A stretch of 32,000 nucleotides of DNA from contig CP178758.1 of NCBI GenBank assembly GCA_047651235.1, positions 2,820,001-2,852,000 of the forward strand, in the 5' to 3' direction. Below the pieces are notes generated by a model. That model was not told the origin of the DNA. It worked only from the letters and a program-made list of their open reading frames with translations, and did no database searches. Of this stretch, positions 1-10,055 are shown in pieces. The translations under genes were made by a program, and so were the position numbers. Numbering within the stretch: the first letter of the stretch is position 1; each line of letters opens with the position of its first letter. The DNA is from Candidatus Electrothrix yaqonensis. Its GTDB lineage: Bacteria; Desulfobacterota; Desulfobulbia; Desulfobulbales; Desulfobulbaceae.

Positions 1-2361
1 GCTGAAAATACCCAGGATCTGGACATCCCTGAAGAACTCCCCATGATGGCCGTTCGGGACGTGGTGGTCTTCAATTATATGATCTTGCCCTTGTTTGTCG
101 GGCGGCCCGGCTCTGTATCTGCGGTGAATGAGGCGATGGAGGGCGACAAGCTGCTGATGCTGGTCACCCAAAAAGATGCGACCAGTGATGAGCCGGAACC
201 GGATGACCTCTACAAAGTCGGCATGGTTTCCATGATCATGCGGACCCTGAAACTGCCGGACGGTCGCCTGAAGGTGCTGGTTCAGGCCCTGTCCAAGGCG
301 GAAATTAAAGAGTATACGCAGAAGAAACCGCATTTCCGGGTAAAGATTGCTCTGGCTGAAGAAGAGGAAGCGGAAAAAGTTACAGTGGAAGTGGAAGCCC
401 TGATGCGTCTGGTCCGGGAGCAGACCGAAAAGATTATGTCGCTGCGCGGCATCCTTTCCGCTGATCTGATGGCGATTGTCAATAATATCGAAGATCCGGG
501 CAGGCTTGCCGATCTGGTAGGGTCCAATCTCCGTCTTAAAGTGGCTGAGTCTCAGAAGATTCTGGAGACCACGCATCCGATTGAACGGCTGCGCCTGGTT
601 GCCAAACTGCTGAATAAGGAAATGGAGGTGGCCACGGTCCAGGCCAAAATCCAGTCCGATGCCAAGGAAGAGATGTCGCGCTCCCAGCGGGAGTATTTTC
701 TCCGGGAACAGCTCCATGCCCTGAAAAAAGAGCTGGGCGATGAGGATTCCTATTCCGAGGAGATCGAAGATCTGCGCAAGAAGCTCAAAAAGAAGAAAAT
801 GCCCAAGTATGCCCGCAAGGAGGCACGCAAGGAGCTGAAGCGGCTCGATATGATGCATCCTGATGCGTCTGAGGCCAATATCATCCGAACCTATATCGAA
901 TGGATCATTGACCTGCCGTGGAAAAAATCTTCCAAGGATCTGCTGGACCTGGAAAAAGCGGCGCGGGTACTTGACGAAGATCATCACGGACTGGAGCGGA
1001 TCAAAGAGCGGATTCTTGAATTTCTTGCCGTACGTAAGCTGAACAGCGGGACAAAAGGGCCGATCCTCTGTTTTGCCGGACCTCCCGGAGTGGGAAAAAC
1101 CTCGTTGGGTCAGGCTGTAGCCAGGGCGATGGGCCGTAAATTCTATCGCTTATCCCTCGGCGGGATGCGGGATGAAGCGGAGATCCGGGGGCACCGCCGG
1201 ACCTACATCGGTGCCATGCCGGGCCGGATCCTGCAGGGCCTGAAAAACGTGGGTACCAACAATCCGGTCTTTATGATGGACGAAATCGACAAGATCGGCT
1301 CGGATTATCGCGGCGATCCTTCCTCAGCCCTGCTGGAAGTCCTTGATCCGGAACAGAACAATACCTTTTCCGATCATTATATGAACATGCCTTTTGATTT
1401 ATCCAAGGTCATGTTTATCACCACAGCCAACCGGACAGATACCATTCCCGGTCCGCTGCTCGACCGCATGGAGATTATCCGGCTTGCCGGATATACTCAG
1501 GAAGAAAAAATGGTGATTGCCCGGAAATACCTGCTGCCGCGACAGGTCAAAGAGAACGGGATCAAACCCCGTCTGATCAAAATAGATGACAAGAATCTGG
1601 AGACGGTCATCACCAACTATACTCTGGAAGCCGGGGTGCGGAATCTGGAGCGGGAATTAGGCAAAATCTGCCGGAAGTTGGCCCGAAAGATTGCTGAAGG
1701 CGGCAAAGGGCCGTATACAATCTCGAAAAACACCTTGGAAAAATATCTCGGGCCGCCGAAATTCCTTCCAGAAACAGAACTGGATACCCTGCAGCAGCCC
1801 GGGCTGGCCATCGGGCTGGCCTGGACTTCCGTCGGGGGCGCTCTGCTCCATATAGAAACTTCGGTTCTGCCGGGCAAAGGCAAGCTGATCCTGACCGGTC
1901 AGTTGGGTGAAGTGATGAAGGAATCGGCTCAGGCTGCGGTGACCTACTGCCGCAGCCGGAGCAAAACCCTCGGTCTGGAGGACGGATATTTTGACAAGAT
2001 TGATATCCATGTGCATGTCCCGGCCGGAGCAATTCCCAAAGACGGTCCGTCAGCCGGGATCACCATGACCACGGCTCTCTGTTCCGCGATAACCGGTCAG
2101 ATGGTGAAAAAGGGAGTTGCCATGACCGGCGAAGTTACCCTGCGCGGTCGGGTGCTTCCCATCGGCGGACTGAAAGAAAAGGCACTCGCAGCTCTGCGCG
2201 CCGGAATTAAACGGATTATTATCCCCTATGATAATGAAAAGGATCTGGTGGAGATTCCGGAGGAAATGCGTAAAAAAATCTCCTTCTTTCCGGTGAAGCA
2301 TATGGATGAGGTAATTGAACTTACTCTCGGCAGCTGCAGAAAGTCTGCGGGTGAAAAGTAG
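1..2361 (+). CDS. lon: ATP-dependent Lon protease, 5' end runs off the window
   Basis: Frame 1 is open from base 1 ([24 protein letters not shown]...), which matches the Lon N-terminal region, so the true start is upstream of the ATG at 43. Walker [10 protein letters not shown], Walker B FMMDEIDK, catalytic Ser in [10 protein letters not shown] and Lys in IGGLKEK. Confidence 0.95.
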   Translation, partial: AENTQDLDIPEELPMMAVRDVVVFNYMILPLFVGRPGSVSAVNEAMEGDKLLMLVTQKDATSDEPEPDDLYKVGMVSMIMRTLKLPDGRLKVLVQALSKAEIKEYTQKKPHFRVKIALAEEEEAEKVTVEVEALMRLVREQTEKIMSLRGILSADLMAIVNNIEDPGRLADLVGSNLRLKVAESQKILETTHPIERLRLVAKLLNKEMEVATVQAKIQSDAKEEMSRSQREYFLREQLHALKKELGDEDSYSEEIEDLRKKLKKKKMPKYARKEARKELKRLDMMHPDASEANIIRTYIEWIIDLPWKKSSKDLLDLEKAARVLDEDHHGLERIKERILEFLAVRKLNSGTKGPILCFAGPPGVGKTSLGQAVARAMGRKFYRLSLGGMRDEAEIRGHRRTYIGAMPGRILQGLKNVGTNNPVFMMDEIDKIGSDYRGDPSSALLEVLDPEQNNTFSDHYMNMPFDLSKVMFITTANRTDTIPGPLLDRMEIIRLAGYTQEEKMVIARKYLLPRQVKENGIKPRLIKIDDKNLETVITNYTLEAGVRNLERELGKICRKLARKIAEGGKGPYTISKNTLEKYLGPPKFLPETELDTLQQPGLAIGLAWTSVGGALLHIETSVLPGKGKLILTGQLGEVMKESAQAAVTYCRSRSKTLGLEDGYFDKIDIHVHVPAGAIPKDGPSAGITMTTALCSAITGQMVKKGVAMTGEVTLRGRVLPIGGLKEKALAALRAGIKRIIIPYDNEKDLVEIPEEMRKKISFFPVKHMDEVIELTLGSCRKSAGEK

Positions 2362-2432
2362 CTGTTTCTTCTTTAAGCTGGATAACTGCAGCAGAATGAA
2401 TTCCCCTTTTTTAAGGGAAGCAGACCGGGAGC

Positions 2433-4328
2433 TTGGCTGTGAAGCCTGACTTTGTTGAATATATCCGGAATCACGTTGTCCTCGGAGACGGTGCTCTCGG
2501 TTCCTATCTCTTTGAACGCGGGGTGGAACGGGGCAGGAATCTCGATCTGCTGAACGTGCAGGCGCCGGAGATGATTTTTGCTGCCCATGAGGAATATATT
2601 CGGGCTGGCAGTCAGCTGATCGAGACCAATACCTTTGGGGCGAACAGGTTTACCCTGCGGGAAGTCGGTGCTGAAGATCGGATGGAGGAGATCAACCGGA
2701 CCGGAGCCGAAATTGCCGTCAAGGCGGCCGGACACCAGGTCTATGTGGCTGGATCTGTGGGACCGACCGGGATCATCTTTCCCCGTGACGAGGAAGAATT
2801 CACTCTGGATGATCTCAGGGAGAACTTCAGGGCGCAGGTACGCGGACTGGCTGATGGCGGGGTTGATCTCCTGATTCTGGAGACCTTTTCCAGCCTTGAC
2901 GAGGTGCTGCTTGCCATAGAGGTTGCCCGGAGCGAGGTGCCGGATCTTCCTGTGATCGGCCAGATGGTCTTTCCGGCACGGGGCAGGACGGTACAGGGAA
3001 AGGACGCTCTTGCCTGCGGCCGGGAAATGCATGCTGCCGGTGCCGCTCTGGTGGGAACCAACTGCGGTCGCGGCAGTGATGCTATGATAACGGCAATCAG
3101 CAGAATGTCGCCGTTGGCAGGGCAGGGGATTCCGCTCTCTGCTTTTCCCAATGCCGGGATGCCGGAACTGGTGGGCCAGCGCACGATATATCCGGCGCAA
3201 CCGGGATATATGGCCAAGCGAGCCAGAGAGATGATCCGCAGCGGGGTACATCTTATCGGCGGCTGCTGCGGCACCACTCCGGCGCATATTCAGGAGTTCC
3301 GGACAGCGCTGAAGATCAGGCCGGTGCGGATTCAGGTGCGGGAAAAGGAAAGCAGAAAGAAGGTTAAGGAGGAGAAGAACAGAGAAGTACGGAACGGCGG
3401 TTTTCTGGATTCTCTCCGACCGGGCAGACTGCCGATTATCGTTGAACTTGATCCGCCCACCCATCTTGACCTTGAACCTGTTCTGACCGGCGCGGAACGG
3501 CTGGCAGAAGCCGGGGTGGACGCTATTTCCCTTGGAGAAAATCCTCTTGCCATCCTGCGGGCCGGAAATCTCGGCGTGGCCTCGCTGATCCGGCAGCGGA
3601 CAGGGCTGCAGACCATCCTGCACCAGACGGGCAGGGATCTGAATGCCTTGGCTCTGCAGTCCCGGATGATGGAAGCGCATCTGCTCGGTATTGAGGCGGT
3701 GCTGGCTGTTTCCGGCGATTCTGCCGCCAGTACGGATCAGCCGGGTGTCAGCGGGGTCTTTGATCTGCGCTCCTATGGACTGATCGGGATGCTGGACGGG
3801 TTGAACCGGGGGGTGAACATGGCCGGGCGGTCTCTGAAACAGCAGACGAATTTTTCCGTCGGCGCGGCCTTCAGCTTCCGGCCTTCCAACCCTGATCTGC
3901 AGATCAGACGCCTTGAGAAAAAAGCCGCGCTCGGTGCCTGCTTTGCCATGACCCAACCGCTTTTCTGCACTGATGAAATTGAACAGATGATAGAACTGGT
4001 CGGACATCTTGATCTGCTGATCTTTCCCGGTATTTTTCCGTTGATCTCCTCCCGCAATGCCGAGTTTATCCATAATGAGGTGCCGGGGATTTCCGTGCCT
4101 GATGAACTGCGGGCCAATCTGGCCCGTTTTAACCAGGTCGCTGACCAGCGTAAGGTTGCTCTGGAATATACGACCGGACTGGTTGAGAAAATTTCACCTT
4201 TTATTGATGGATTGTACCTGATCAGTCCGCTCAACAAATGGGACATTGTGCTTGATTTTGTTGTCCAGGCCCGTGCGGCAGGCTGGAAGGGTAGCGGTCG
4301 AGCTGACAGGCAGGAATCGGTTCGGTAA
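2433..4328 (+). CDS. bifunctional homocysteine S-methyltransferase / 5,10-methylenetetrahydrofolate reductase (YitJ-type fusion)
   Basis: The N-terminal ~300 aa is homocysteine-methyltransferase-like (LGDGALGSYL, ETNTFGAN, Zn-ligand cysteines in GTNCG and GGCCGTTPAHI). The C-terminal ~300 aa is MTHFR-like (IIVELDPP, ILHQTGRD, LAVSGD). The ORF track uses TTG at 2433. GTG at 2439 lies 7 nt after GGGAG and is an equally plausible start. Confidence 0.9.
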   Translation: MAVKPDFVEYIRNHVVLGDGALGSYLFERGVERGRNLDLLNVQAPEMIFAAHEEYIRAGSQLIETNTFGANRFTLREVGAEDRMEEINRTGAEIAVKAAGHQVYVAGSVGPTGIIFPRDEEEFTLDDLRENFRAQVRGLADGGVDLLILETFSSLDEVLLAIEVARSEVPDLPVIGQMVFPARGRTVQGKDALACGREMHAAGAALVGTNCGRGSDAMITAISRMSPLAGQGIPLSAFPNAGMPELVGQRTIYPAQPGYMAKRAREMIRSGVHLIGGCCGTTPAHIQEFRTALKIRPVRIQVREKESRKKVKEEKNREVRNGGFLDSLRPGRLPIIVELDPPTHLDLEPVLTGAERLAEAGVDAISLGENPLAILRAGNLGVASLIRQRTGLQTILHQTGRDLNALALQSRMMEAHLLGIEAVLAVSGDSAASTDQPGVSGVFDLRSYGLIGMLDGLNRGVNMAGRSLKQQTNFSVGAAFSFRPSNPDLQIRRLEKKAALGACFAMTQPLFCTDEIEQMIELVGHLDLLIFPGIFPLISSRNAEFIHNEVPGISVPDELRANLARFNQVADQRKVALEYTTGLVEKISPFIDGLYLISPLNKWDIVLDFVVQARAAGWKGSGRADRQESVR

Positions 4329-4385
4329 TATCCTCGCACACCTATTAGGTTTTTTAACAATACTCAACAAGTTACGGAGCTATCT

Positions 4386-5549
4386 ATGTCGAGTCATCTT
4401 TTTACCTCAGAATCTGTTTCCGAAGGCCATCCTGACAAGGTGGCTGATCAGATTTCAGATTCTATTCTGGACGCCATTCTGGAGCAGGATACCCATGCCC
4501 GTGTTGCCTGCGAGAGTCTGGTTACCACCGGATTGGCCATGATTGCCGGGGAAATCACCACGACTGCCTGGGTGGATATGCCGGAGATCGTCCGCCAGAC
4601 CATCCGGGGCATCGGTTATAATTCCTCGGACATGGGCTTTGACTGGCAGTCCTGCGCAGTCATGACCTCTATTGATAAACAGTCCCCGGATATTGCCCAG
4701 GGCGTTGATGAGGGAACCGGACTTGATCTGGACCAAGGAGCCGGGGATCAGGGCCTGATGTTCGGCTATGCCTGTGACGAGACCAGCGTACTCATGCCCA
4801 TGCCCATCACCTATGCTCATCGCTTGATGAAACGGCAGGCCGAGATACGGAAAAACGGCGTCCTGCCCTGGCTGCGTCCGGATGCCAAGAGTCAGGTGAC
4901 GATTCAGTATGAGGACAACGTGCCCAAGCGCATTGAGGCGGTGGTTGTGTCCAGTCAGCACAGTCCGGATGTCTCCTATGCCGATCTGAAGGAAGGGATT
5001 ATGGAGGAGATCGTCAAGCCAACCCTTCCTGCCGAGATGATTGATGCTGAGACCAAATATTTCATCAATCCAACCGGTCGTTTTGTCATCGGCGGCCCGG
5101 TGGGGGACTGCGGGGTGACCGGTCGTAAAATCATTGTGGATTCCTACGGCGGACGCGGTTCCCACGGCGGCGGCGCCTTTTCCGGCAAGGATCCCTCCAA
5201 GGTGGACCGTTCTTCCTCCTACATGGGACGCTACGTGGCCAAAAATATTGTTGCTGCCGGACTGGCCTCCGCTGTGGAGGTGCAGGTCGCTTATGCCATC
5301 GGCATTTCTCAGCCGGTTTCCATTAACGTCAACACCTTCGGCACCGGCAAGGTGTCTGAGGAACGGCTGGTGGAGCTGATCAGGGAGGTCTTTGATCTGC
5401 GGCCCAAGGCTATTATCCAGCAGCTCAACCTGCTGCGTCCCATCTTTCGTCAGACAGCGGCTTACGGTCATTTCGGCCGGGAGCTGCCCAATTTTACCTG
5501 GGAAAAGACAGATAAGGCCGAGGAACTGAAGGCTGCTGCGGGTATCTGA
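4386..5549 (+). CDS. metK: S-adenosylmethionine synthetase
   Basis: Classical MetK sequence: [52 protein letters not shown] lies upstream of the ATG. Confidence 0.97.
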   Translation: MSSHLFTSESVSEGHPDKVADQISDSILDAILEQDTHARVACESLVTTGLAMIAGEITTTAWVDMPEIVRQTIRGIGYNSSDMGFDWQSCAVMTSIDKQSPDIAQGVDEGTGLDLDQGAGDQGLMFGYACDETSVLMPMPITYAHRLMKRQAEIRKNGVLPWLRPDAKSQVTIQYEDNVPKRIEAVVVSSQHSPDVSYADLKEGIMEEIVKPTLPAEMIDAETKYFINPTGRFVIGGPVGDCGVTGRKIIVDSYGGRGSHGGGAFSGKDPSKVDRSSSYMGRYVAKNIVAAGLASAVEVQVAYAIGISQPVSINVNTFGTGKVSEERLVELIREVFDLRPKAIIQQLNLLRPIFRQTAAYGHFGRELPNFTWEKTDKAEELKAAAGI

Positions 5550-5573
5550 TTTTTTGGTCATAAATTTTCTGCG

Positions 5574-5607
5574 TAGGGGCGATTCGCGAATCGCCCTTAC
5601 TTTTTTT
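5574..5607 (+). terminator. Rho-independent terminator after metK
   Basis: Perfect 20-nt palindrome GGGCGATTCG/CGAATCGCCC (5577-5596), extendable by flanking pairs, followed by T7 (5601-5607). Confidence 0.8.
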
Positions 5608-5649
5608 CAATAATCAATTTCGAGAATATCGAGCAACAGGAGTAACGCT

Positions 5650-6936
5650 GTGAGCGATTATAAAGTAAAAGATATGAGCCTTGCTGAATGGGGACGCAAG
5701 GAAATTGCCATTGCCGAGACTGAGATGCCCGGCCTGATGGCCCTACGGGAAGAGTACGGCAAAGACAAGCCCCTTAAAGGCGCCCGGATCGCAGGTTGTC
5801 TGCACATGACCATTCAGACCGCTGTGCTCATGGAAACCTTGGTGGAACTGGGGGCGGAACTGCGCTGGTCGTCCTGCAATATCTTTTCCACTCAGGATCA
5901 GGCAGCTGCTGCAATGGCAGAGGCCGGTATTCCTACCTTTGCCTGGAAGGGTGAAACCGAGGAGGAGTTCTGGTGGTGCATTGAGCAGACTATTTTCGGG
6001 CCGAACGATTGGCGCCCCAACATGATCCTAGATGATGGTGGTGATTTGACCCAGATCATGCATGAGAAGTACCCGGAGATGATGCAAGATATCCGAGGCA
6101 TCTCCGAAGAAACCACCACGGGTGTGCATCGGCTCAATGAGATGGCCCGTGACGGCAAGCTGCTCTGTCCGGCCATTAATGTCAATGATTCCGTTACTAA
6201 GTCAAAATTTGACAACCTCTACGGCTGCCGTGAGTCCCTGATTGACGGGATCAAACGGGCCACAGACGTGATGATTGCCGGAAAAAATGCGGTGGTTGTC
6301 GGCTACGGTGATGTGGGCAAGGGCTGCGCCCAGGCCCTGCGCGGTATGGGCGCGACAGTCTTTGTTACTGAGATCGATCCGATCTGCGCGCTGCAAGCCG
6401 CAATGGAAGGATACAAGGTTATCACTATGGAAGAAGCCGCGCCGGTGGGAGATATTTTCGTCACCTGTACGGGCAATCTGCAGGTAATCACAAGAGCGCA
6501 CATGGATGCGATGCAGGACCAGACCATTGTCTGCAATATTGGTCATTTTGACTCGGAGATCGACATTGCGGGCATCCGGGAGCTGGAATGGGAGAATATC
6601 AAACCGCAGGTGGATCATGTCATCTGGCCGGACGGCAAGCGGATTATTGTCCTGGCTGAAGGGCGGCTGGTCAATCTCGGCTGCGCAACCGGGCATCCCA
6701 GTTTTGTGATGAGTAACTCGTTCACCAACCAGGTTCTGGCCCAGATCGAACTATGGAATAATTCAGAAAACTATGAACATCAGGTGTATTTTCTGCCGAA
6801 AAAACTTGACGAGATGGTGGCCCGGCTGCATCTGCAGAAAATCAGCGCCCATCTGACCGTGCTCAATCCGGAGCAGGCGGAGTATATCGGGGTTGATGTT
6901 GAGGGGCCGTACAAACCGGATTATTATCGGTATTGA
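5650..6936 (+). CDS. ahcY: adenosylhomocysteinase
   Basis: GTG start 7 nt after AGGAG (5638-5642). Typical AhcY motifs: [22 protein letters not shown]-binding [34 protein letters not shown]-terminal YKPDYYRY. Confidence 0.97.
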   Translation: MSDYKVKDMSLAEWGRKEIAIAETEMPGLMALREEYGKDKPLKGARIAGCLHMTIQTAVLMETLVELGAELRWSSCNIFSTQDQAAAAMAEAGIPTFAWKGETEEEFWWCIEQTIFGPNDWRPNMILDDGGDLTQIMHEKYPEMMQDIRGISEETTTGVHRLNEMARDGKLLCPAINVNDSVTKSKFDNLYGCRESLIDGIKRATDVMIAGKNAVVVGYGDVGKGCAQALRGMGATVFVTEIDPICALQAAMEGYKVITMEEAAPVGDIFVTCTGNLQVITRAHMDAMQDQTIVCNIGHFDSEIDIAGIRELEWENIKPQVDHVIWPDGKRIIVLAEGRLVNLGCATGHPSFVMSNSFTNQVLAQIELWNNSENYEHQVYFLPKKLDEMVARLHLQKISAHLTVLNPEQAEYIGVDVEGPYKPDYYRY

Positions 6937-7003
6937 TCCTCCTTGCTTCTGCAGCCCGCAGAAAGTCGGGACCAACGGCTGCTGTGGAAACGCAGCGGCA
7001 ACA

Positions 7004-7036
7004 GCGGGGCACAGGGGCTTTTTCCTTGTGCCCCGC
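7004..7036 (+). terminator. GC-rich hairpin downstream of ahcY (possible terminator, no 3' U tract)
   Basis: GCGGGGCACAGG (7004-7015) pairs with CCTTGTGCCCCGC (7024-7036) with one bulged T. The T run sits in the loop, not after the stem, so terminator function is uncertain. Confidence 0.3.
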
Positions 7037-7064
7037 TGTCTGCACTGTCTATATTCTTTGCAGT

Positions 7065-7082
7065 GTACTTAACTGTACTTAA
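7065..7082. repeat. tandem direct repeat GTACTTAA-CT-GTACTTAA upstream of the L,D-transpeptidase gene
   Basis: Two exact 8-mers with 10-bp periodicity, ~90 bp upstream of the ATG at 7169. This geometry fits a winged-helix response-regulator site, which is inference only. Confidence 0.25.
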
Positions 7083-7168
7083 AAAATCTTGTTTATTGTG
7101 ATATCCTTGTTCTAAGAGGGGACAGGTGTCTCTGTTCGGGATCCAACTTTACCCAGAATGAACGATCC

Positions 7169-9031
7169 ATGATTTTGCCGAGATTTTCTGCCGGATGTAT
7201 TGCTCTGCTCGCAGTATTATTACTGCTGTGCAGCTTTTCCGTGCAGGCATACATGGATCATGAGAGCGGATACAGGATGCAGGGCATTTCTGCACCAATC
7301 CCGGCAGGGATGATATCCGGAATACAGAAGGAGCTGGTCTGGATACTGAAAAATAATCCTGCTGTTCGGGTCGGCTTTGCTGCTCCGCAGGACGCATCAG
7401 TACCATCTGTACGGTTGAACAGTTTTTTGCTCAACCTGTATATGGAATATAGTTTTTATCCGTTCTGGGTAACAGAACATGGACCGGGCCGCAAGGCCCA
7501 TATCTTTGTCTCGGTTCTCCGCAGAGCAGGAGAAGAAGGACTGAATCCGGAAGACTATCGGACTGCTGCCCTGATAGATTTACTGCGGACCTCGGACGTC
7601 CGGAGTCTGGCCACGCTGGATATCATGCTTACTCTGGCCCTGCATGCCTATCTTTCCGATATACTGGAAGGGCGTGTTTTCCGGTCCCGGCCGATCCCTG
7701 ACTGGTTTTTTGCTGCCCGGACCAGGGAAGCCAGTCTTCCGAAGATGATTCGCCAAGCGCTGAACATTTATGATCTGCTTGCCTTTCTGAATCAACTGTC
7801 CCCCGGATATACGGAATATCACCTACTGAAAAAACTGCTCGCCGAATACCGTCAGCTGGCGACAAAGGGAGGATGGCCTGCTGTTCCGCCCGGAACAACG
7901 CTCAGGCCCGGTATGCAGGACTCCCGCCTCGCCGTACTGGCGGAGCGTCTGTTCATCACCGGTGATCTGCAGGATTTTTCCGTCATTCCCCCTCCTCCCG
8001 GCATTGCAGCTCTGCGCCCGGCTTTTCCTGAACCGCTGTCTGACAGGGTCATAGCAGCACAACTGGTGAGGCCTCCCTGTATGCGCCGCAGCCCGGTCCT
8101 TACGCCCAGCCGTCCGGTGTACGGCAGAACGTTGCTCAGGGCGGTAAAACATTTTCAGCGGCGCTATAATCTGAATCCGGACGGTGCAGTCGGAAAAAAA
8201 ACGCTGGAAGCCCTGAATCTGCCGGTACAGGAGCATATCGACAGGATTCTTCTGAACCTGGAACGCTGGCGCTGGCTGCCGAATAATGCCGAAGGACGCC
8301 GTATTCTGGTCAATATTGCCGGATTCCGTCTGACAGGAAGAAAAGATGATCAGGTTGAGATTGAAATGCCGGTCGTTGTCGGCAAGGTGAAGCACAAGAC
8401 ACCGGTTTTTTCCCATACCATGACCTATATTGAGGTCAATCCGTACTGGAATATTCCGAAAACCATTGCCCGGAACGAAATTGCTGTCAAAGTGCAGGAA
8501 AATTCTGATTATCTGCAGAAGGAGCGTATTCGTGTTTTTGACGGCTGGCAGGAGGGAGCACCTGAGATTCCTCCGGCCAGTATCGACTGGGCAACCATAG
8601 GCGAAGAGCTTGATCAGTTCCGTCTGCGTCAGGAACCGGGGCCGGAGAATGCCTTGGGCACGATCAAGTTTATGTTTCCCAACAACAAAAACATATACAT
8701 GCATGATACGCCCAGTCGCAATCTGTTCAGGCGCATCAGACGTGCATACAGTCACGGATGTATCAGGTTGGCCAGGCCCCTGGAGCTTGCCCGCTATATT
8801 TTATCTCATGATCAACAGCCAGTGACCGGCCAGCAGCTGCACCAGCTGATCGATAGCAAAAAAAGAAAAATATTTATCCTCAATCATCCGCTGCCGGTGC
8901 ATATTATGTACTGGACAGTACGGGTGGACCGCAGAACCGGGACAGCTTATTTTTATGATGATATTTACGGTTGTGATGCGCGGCTGGGCAGCGTACTGTT
9001 TGCCGGAAGGGATCGGCGCAGATATCCATAG
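7169..9031 (+). CDS. L,D-transpeptidase family protein (YcbB/LdtD-like) with peptidoglycan-binding domain
   Basis: Signal peptide MILPRFSAGCIALLAVLLLLCSFSVQA. PG-binding motif VKHFQRRYNLNPDGAVGKKTLEALN. YkuD catalytic motif IYMHDTP...YSHGCIRL. Length (620 aa) is similar to E. coli YcbB. Confidence 0.88.
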   Translation: MILPRFSAGCIALLAVLLLLCSFSVQAYMDHESGYRMQGISAPIPAGMISGIQKELVWILKNNPAVRVGFAAPQDASVPSVRLNSFLLNLYMEYSFYPFWVTEHGPGRKAHIFVSVLRRAGEEGLNPEDYRTAALIDLLRTSDVRSLATLDIMLTLALHAYLSDILEGRVFRSRPIPDWFFAARTREASLPKMIRQALNIYDLLAFLNQLSPGYTEYHLLKKLLAEYRQLATKGGWPAVPPGTTLRPGMQDSRLAVLAERLFITGDLQDFSVIPPPPGIAALRPAFPEPLSDRVIAAQLVRPPCMRRSPVLTPSRPVYGRTLLRAVKHFQRRYNLNPDGAVGKKTLEALNLPVQEHIDRILLNLERWRWLPNNAEGRRILVNIAGFRLTGRKDDQVEIEMPVVVGKVKHKTPVFSHTMTYIEVNPYWNIPKTIARNEIAVKVQENSDYLQKERIRVFDGWQEGAPEIPPASIDWATIGEELDQFRLRQEPGPENALGTIKFMFPNNKNIYMHDTPSRNLFRRIRRAYSHGCIRLARPLELARYILSHDQQPVTGQQLHQLIDSKKRKIFILNHPLPVHIMYWTVRVDRRTGTAYFYDDIYGCDARLGSVLFAGRDRRRYP

Positions 9032-9050
9032 AATATCCGTAGAAAATTAA

Positions 9051-9080
9051 GCTCCCCTGTTGTCCCAAGGGGCGGGGAGC
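9051..9080. terminator. hairpin between convergent L,D-transpeptidase and phoU genes
   Basis: GCTCCCC (9051-9057) / GGGGAGC (9074-9080), a 7-bp stem with a 16-nt loop. No clean U tract on either strand. Confidence 0.35.
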
Positions 9081-9101
9081 GCACTGAAGCATCAGAAGAG
9101 A

Positions 9102-9764
9102 TCAGGAGAGCATCTTTTCCTGATGACGGACAATGTTCCCCTTGATCAGGTAGATAACGTCTTCCGCGATATTGGTGGCATGATCAGCAATGCGTTCCAG
9201 ATATCTGGACACGCTCAGAAAGGTCAGGAGCTGCTGGATGTGCTCCGGGTGTCTGACAATTTCCTCTTCCACTCTGATAAATACTTCGGAATGGATGGCA
9301 TCCACTGTATCATCAGAGGCGCAGACCTCTTCGGCCAGAGCAAGATCCTGATTCACCAGAGCATCCAGAGAGTGGGCGAGCATCTTCTGCACCGCCTGCG
9401 ACATTGTCGGGATGTCAAAAGGAAAATCAATCGGCGGCAGTGTCGTCAGAACCAGAGCCCGCTCGGTGGCGTCCACGGCAAGATCCCCTATTCGTTCAAG
9501 ATCATTGTTTATTTTTAATATCGCAATGATCATGCGCAGATCCACGGCCATCGGCTGATGCAGTGCCAGTGTTTTTAGACATTCCTCTTCAAGATCCACT
9601 TCCATCTGATCAATCTCAAGATCTCCTTTGACGACCTGCTGCGCCAGTTCCTGATCCCTCTTGACAATACTTTTTACAGCCAGATCAACCCGCTCTTCGA
9701 CAATCGCTCCGATGGAAACCAACCGCTTTTTCAGTTTCTGAATGTTCCGATGTAGTAAAATCAT
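9102..9764 (-). CDS. phoU: phosphate signalling complex protein PhoU
   Basis: Two PhoU repeats with the conserved DxxxD-type motifs (INNDLERIGDLAVD and SRYLERIADHATNIAEDVIY). GGAGAAAA lies upstream of the ATG. Confidence 0.93.
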   Translation of the reverse strand: MILLHRNIQKLKKRLVSIGAIVEERVDLAVKSIVKRDQELAQQVVKGDLEIDQMEVDLEEECLKTLALHQPMAVDLRMIIAILKINNDLERIGDLAVDATERALVLTTLPPIDFPFDIPTMSQAVQKMLAHSLDALVNQDLALAEEVCASDDTVDAIHSEVFIRVEEEIVRHPEHIQQLLTFLSVSRYLERIADHATNIAEDVIYLIKGNIVRHQEKMLS

Positions 9765-9941
9765 TGCCTGTTTTCTCCAGTCATCCCTACTTTTTTATTA
9801 ATTTACTGACGCAGCAGAGACAAATATTGTTTATTCATCCCGTCAGGGCGGATTCATCTGCACACGCCTGATACGTTTACAGAGCAGAATAATACATTTT
9901 ACGCATCAGTCAGCATGATTTTTTCAGCTCCCTGAGAGCAG

Positions 9942-9979
9942 ACAAAGAAAACGCAGGGGACATAATGCCACCCTGCGTT
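9942..9979 (-). terminator. Rho-independent terminator of the porin gene
   Basis: On the minus strand, the 9-bp stem AACGCAGGG/CCCTGCGTT (9950-9958 / 9971-9979) is followed by TTCTTTGTC, ~77 nt after the porin stop. Confidence 0.7.
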
Positions 9980-10055
9980 GATAATTAATCGGAATTTAAC
10001 GGTAAACAGGAAAGAGTTGTTTAGTCTATCCGACTGCTGGCAAAAAAACAGGGGA

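Noticed and set aside
2401-2419. Hairpin TTCCC-N9-GGGAA after lon as a terminator
   Set aside because: The stem is only 5 bp and the T run lies inside the loop. It is too weak to call.
2373-4073. 566-aa ORF antisense to the HMT::MTHFR gene
   Set aside because: It is a shadow ORF opposite a gene with unmistakable homology. The product is R/G/P/H/Q-rich low-complexity sequence, as expected from the antisense strand of GC-rich coding DNA.
4455-5561. 368-aa ORF antisense to metK, and similar long antisense ORFs at 7823-8755, 11991-12905, 20614-21198, 22732-23349 and 30224-30913
   Set aside because: All lie fully inside genes with strong motif support on the other strand. They lack RBS and recognisable motifs and have antisense-type composition.
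9060-9518. 152-aa plus-strand ORF overlapping phoU
   Set aside because: It is antisense to a clear PhoU gene, with no RBS or motifs.
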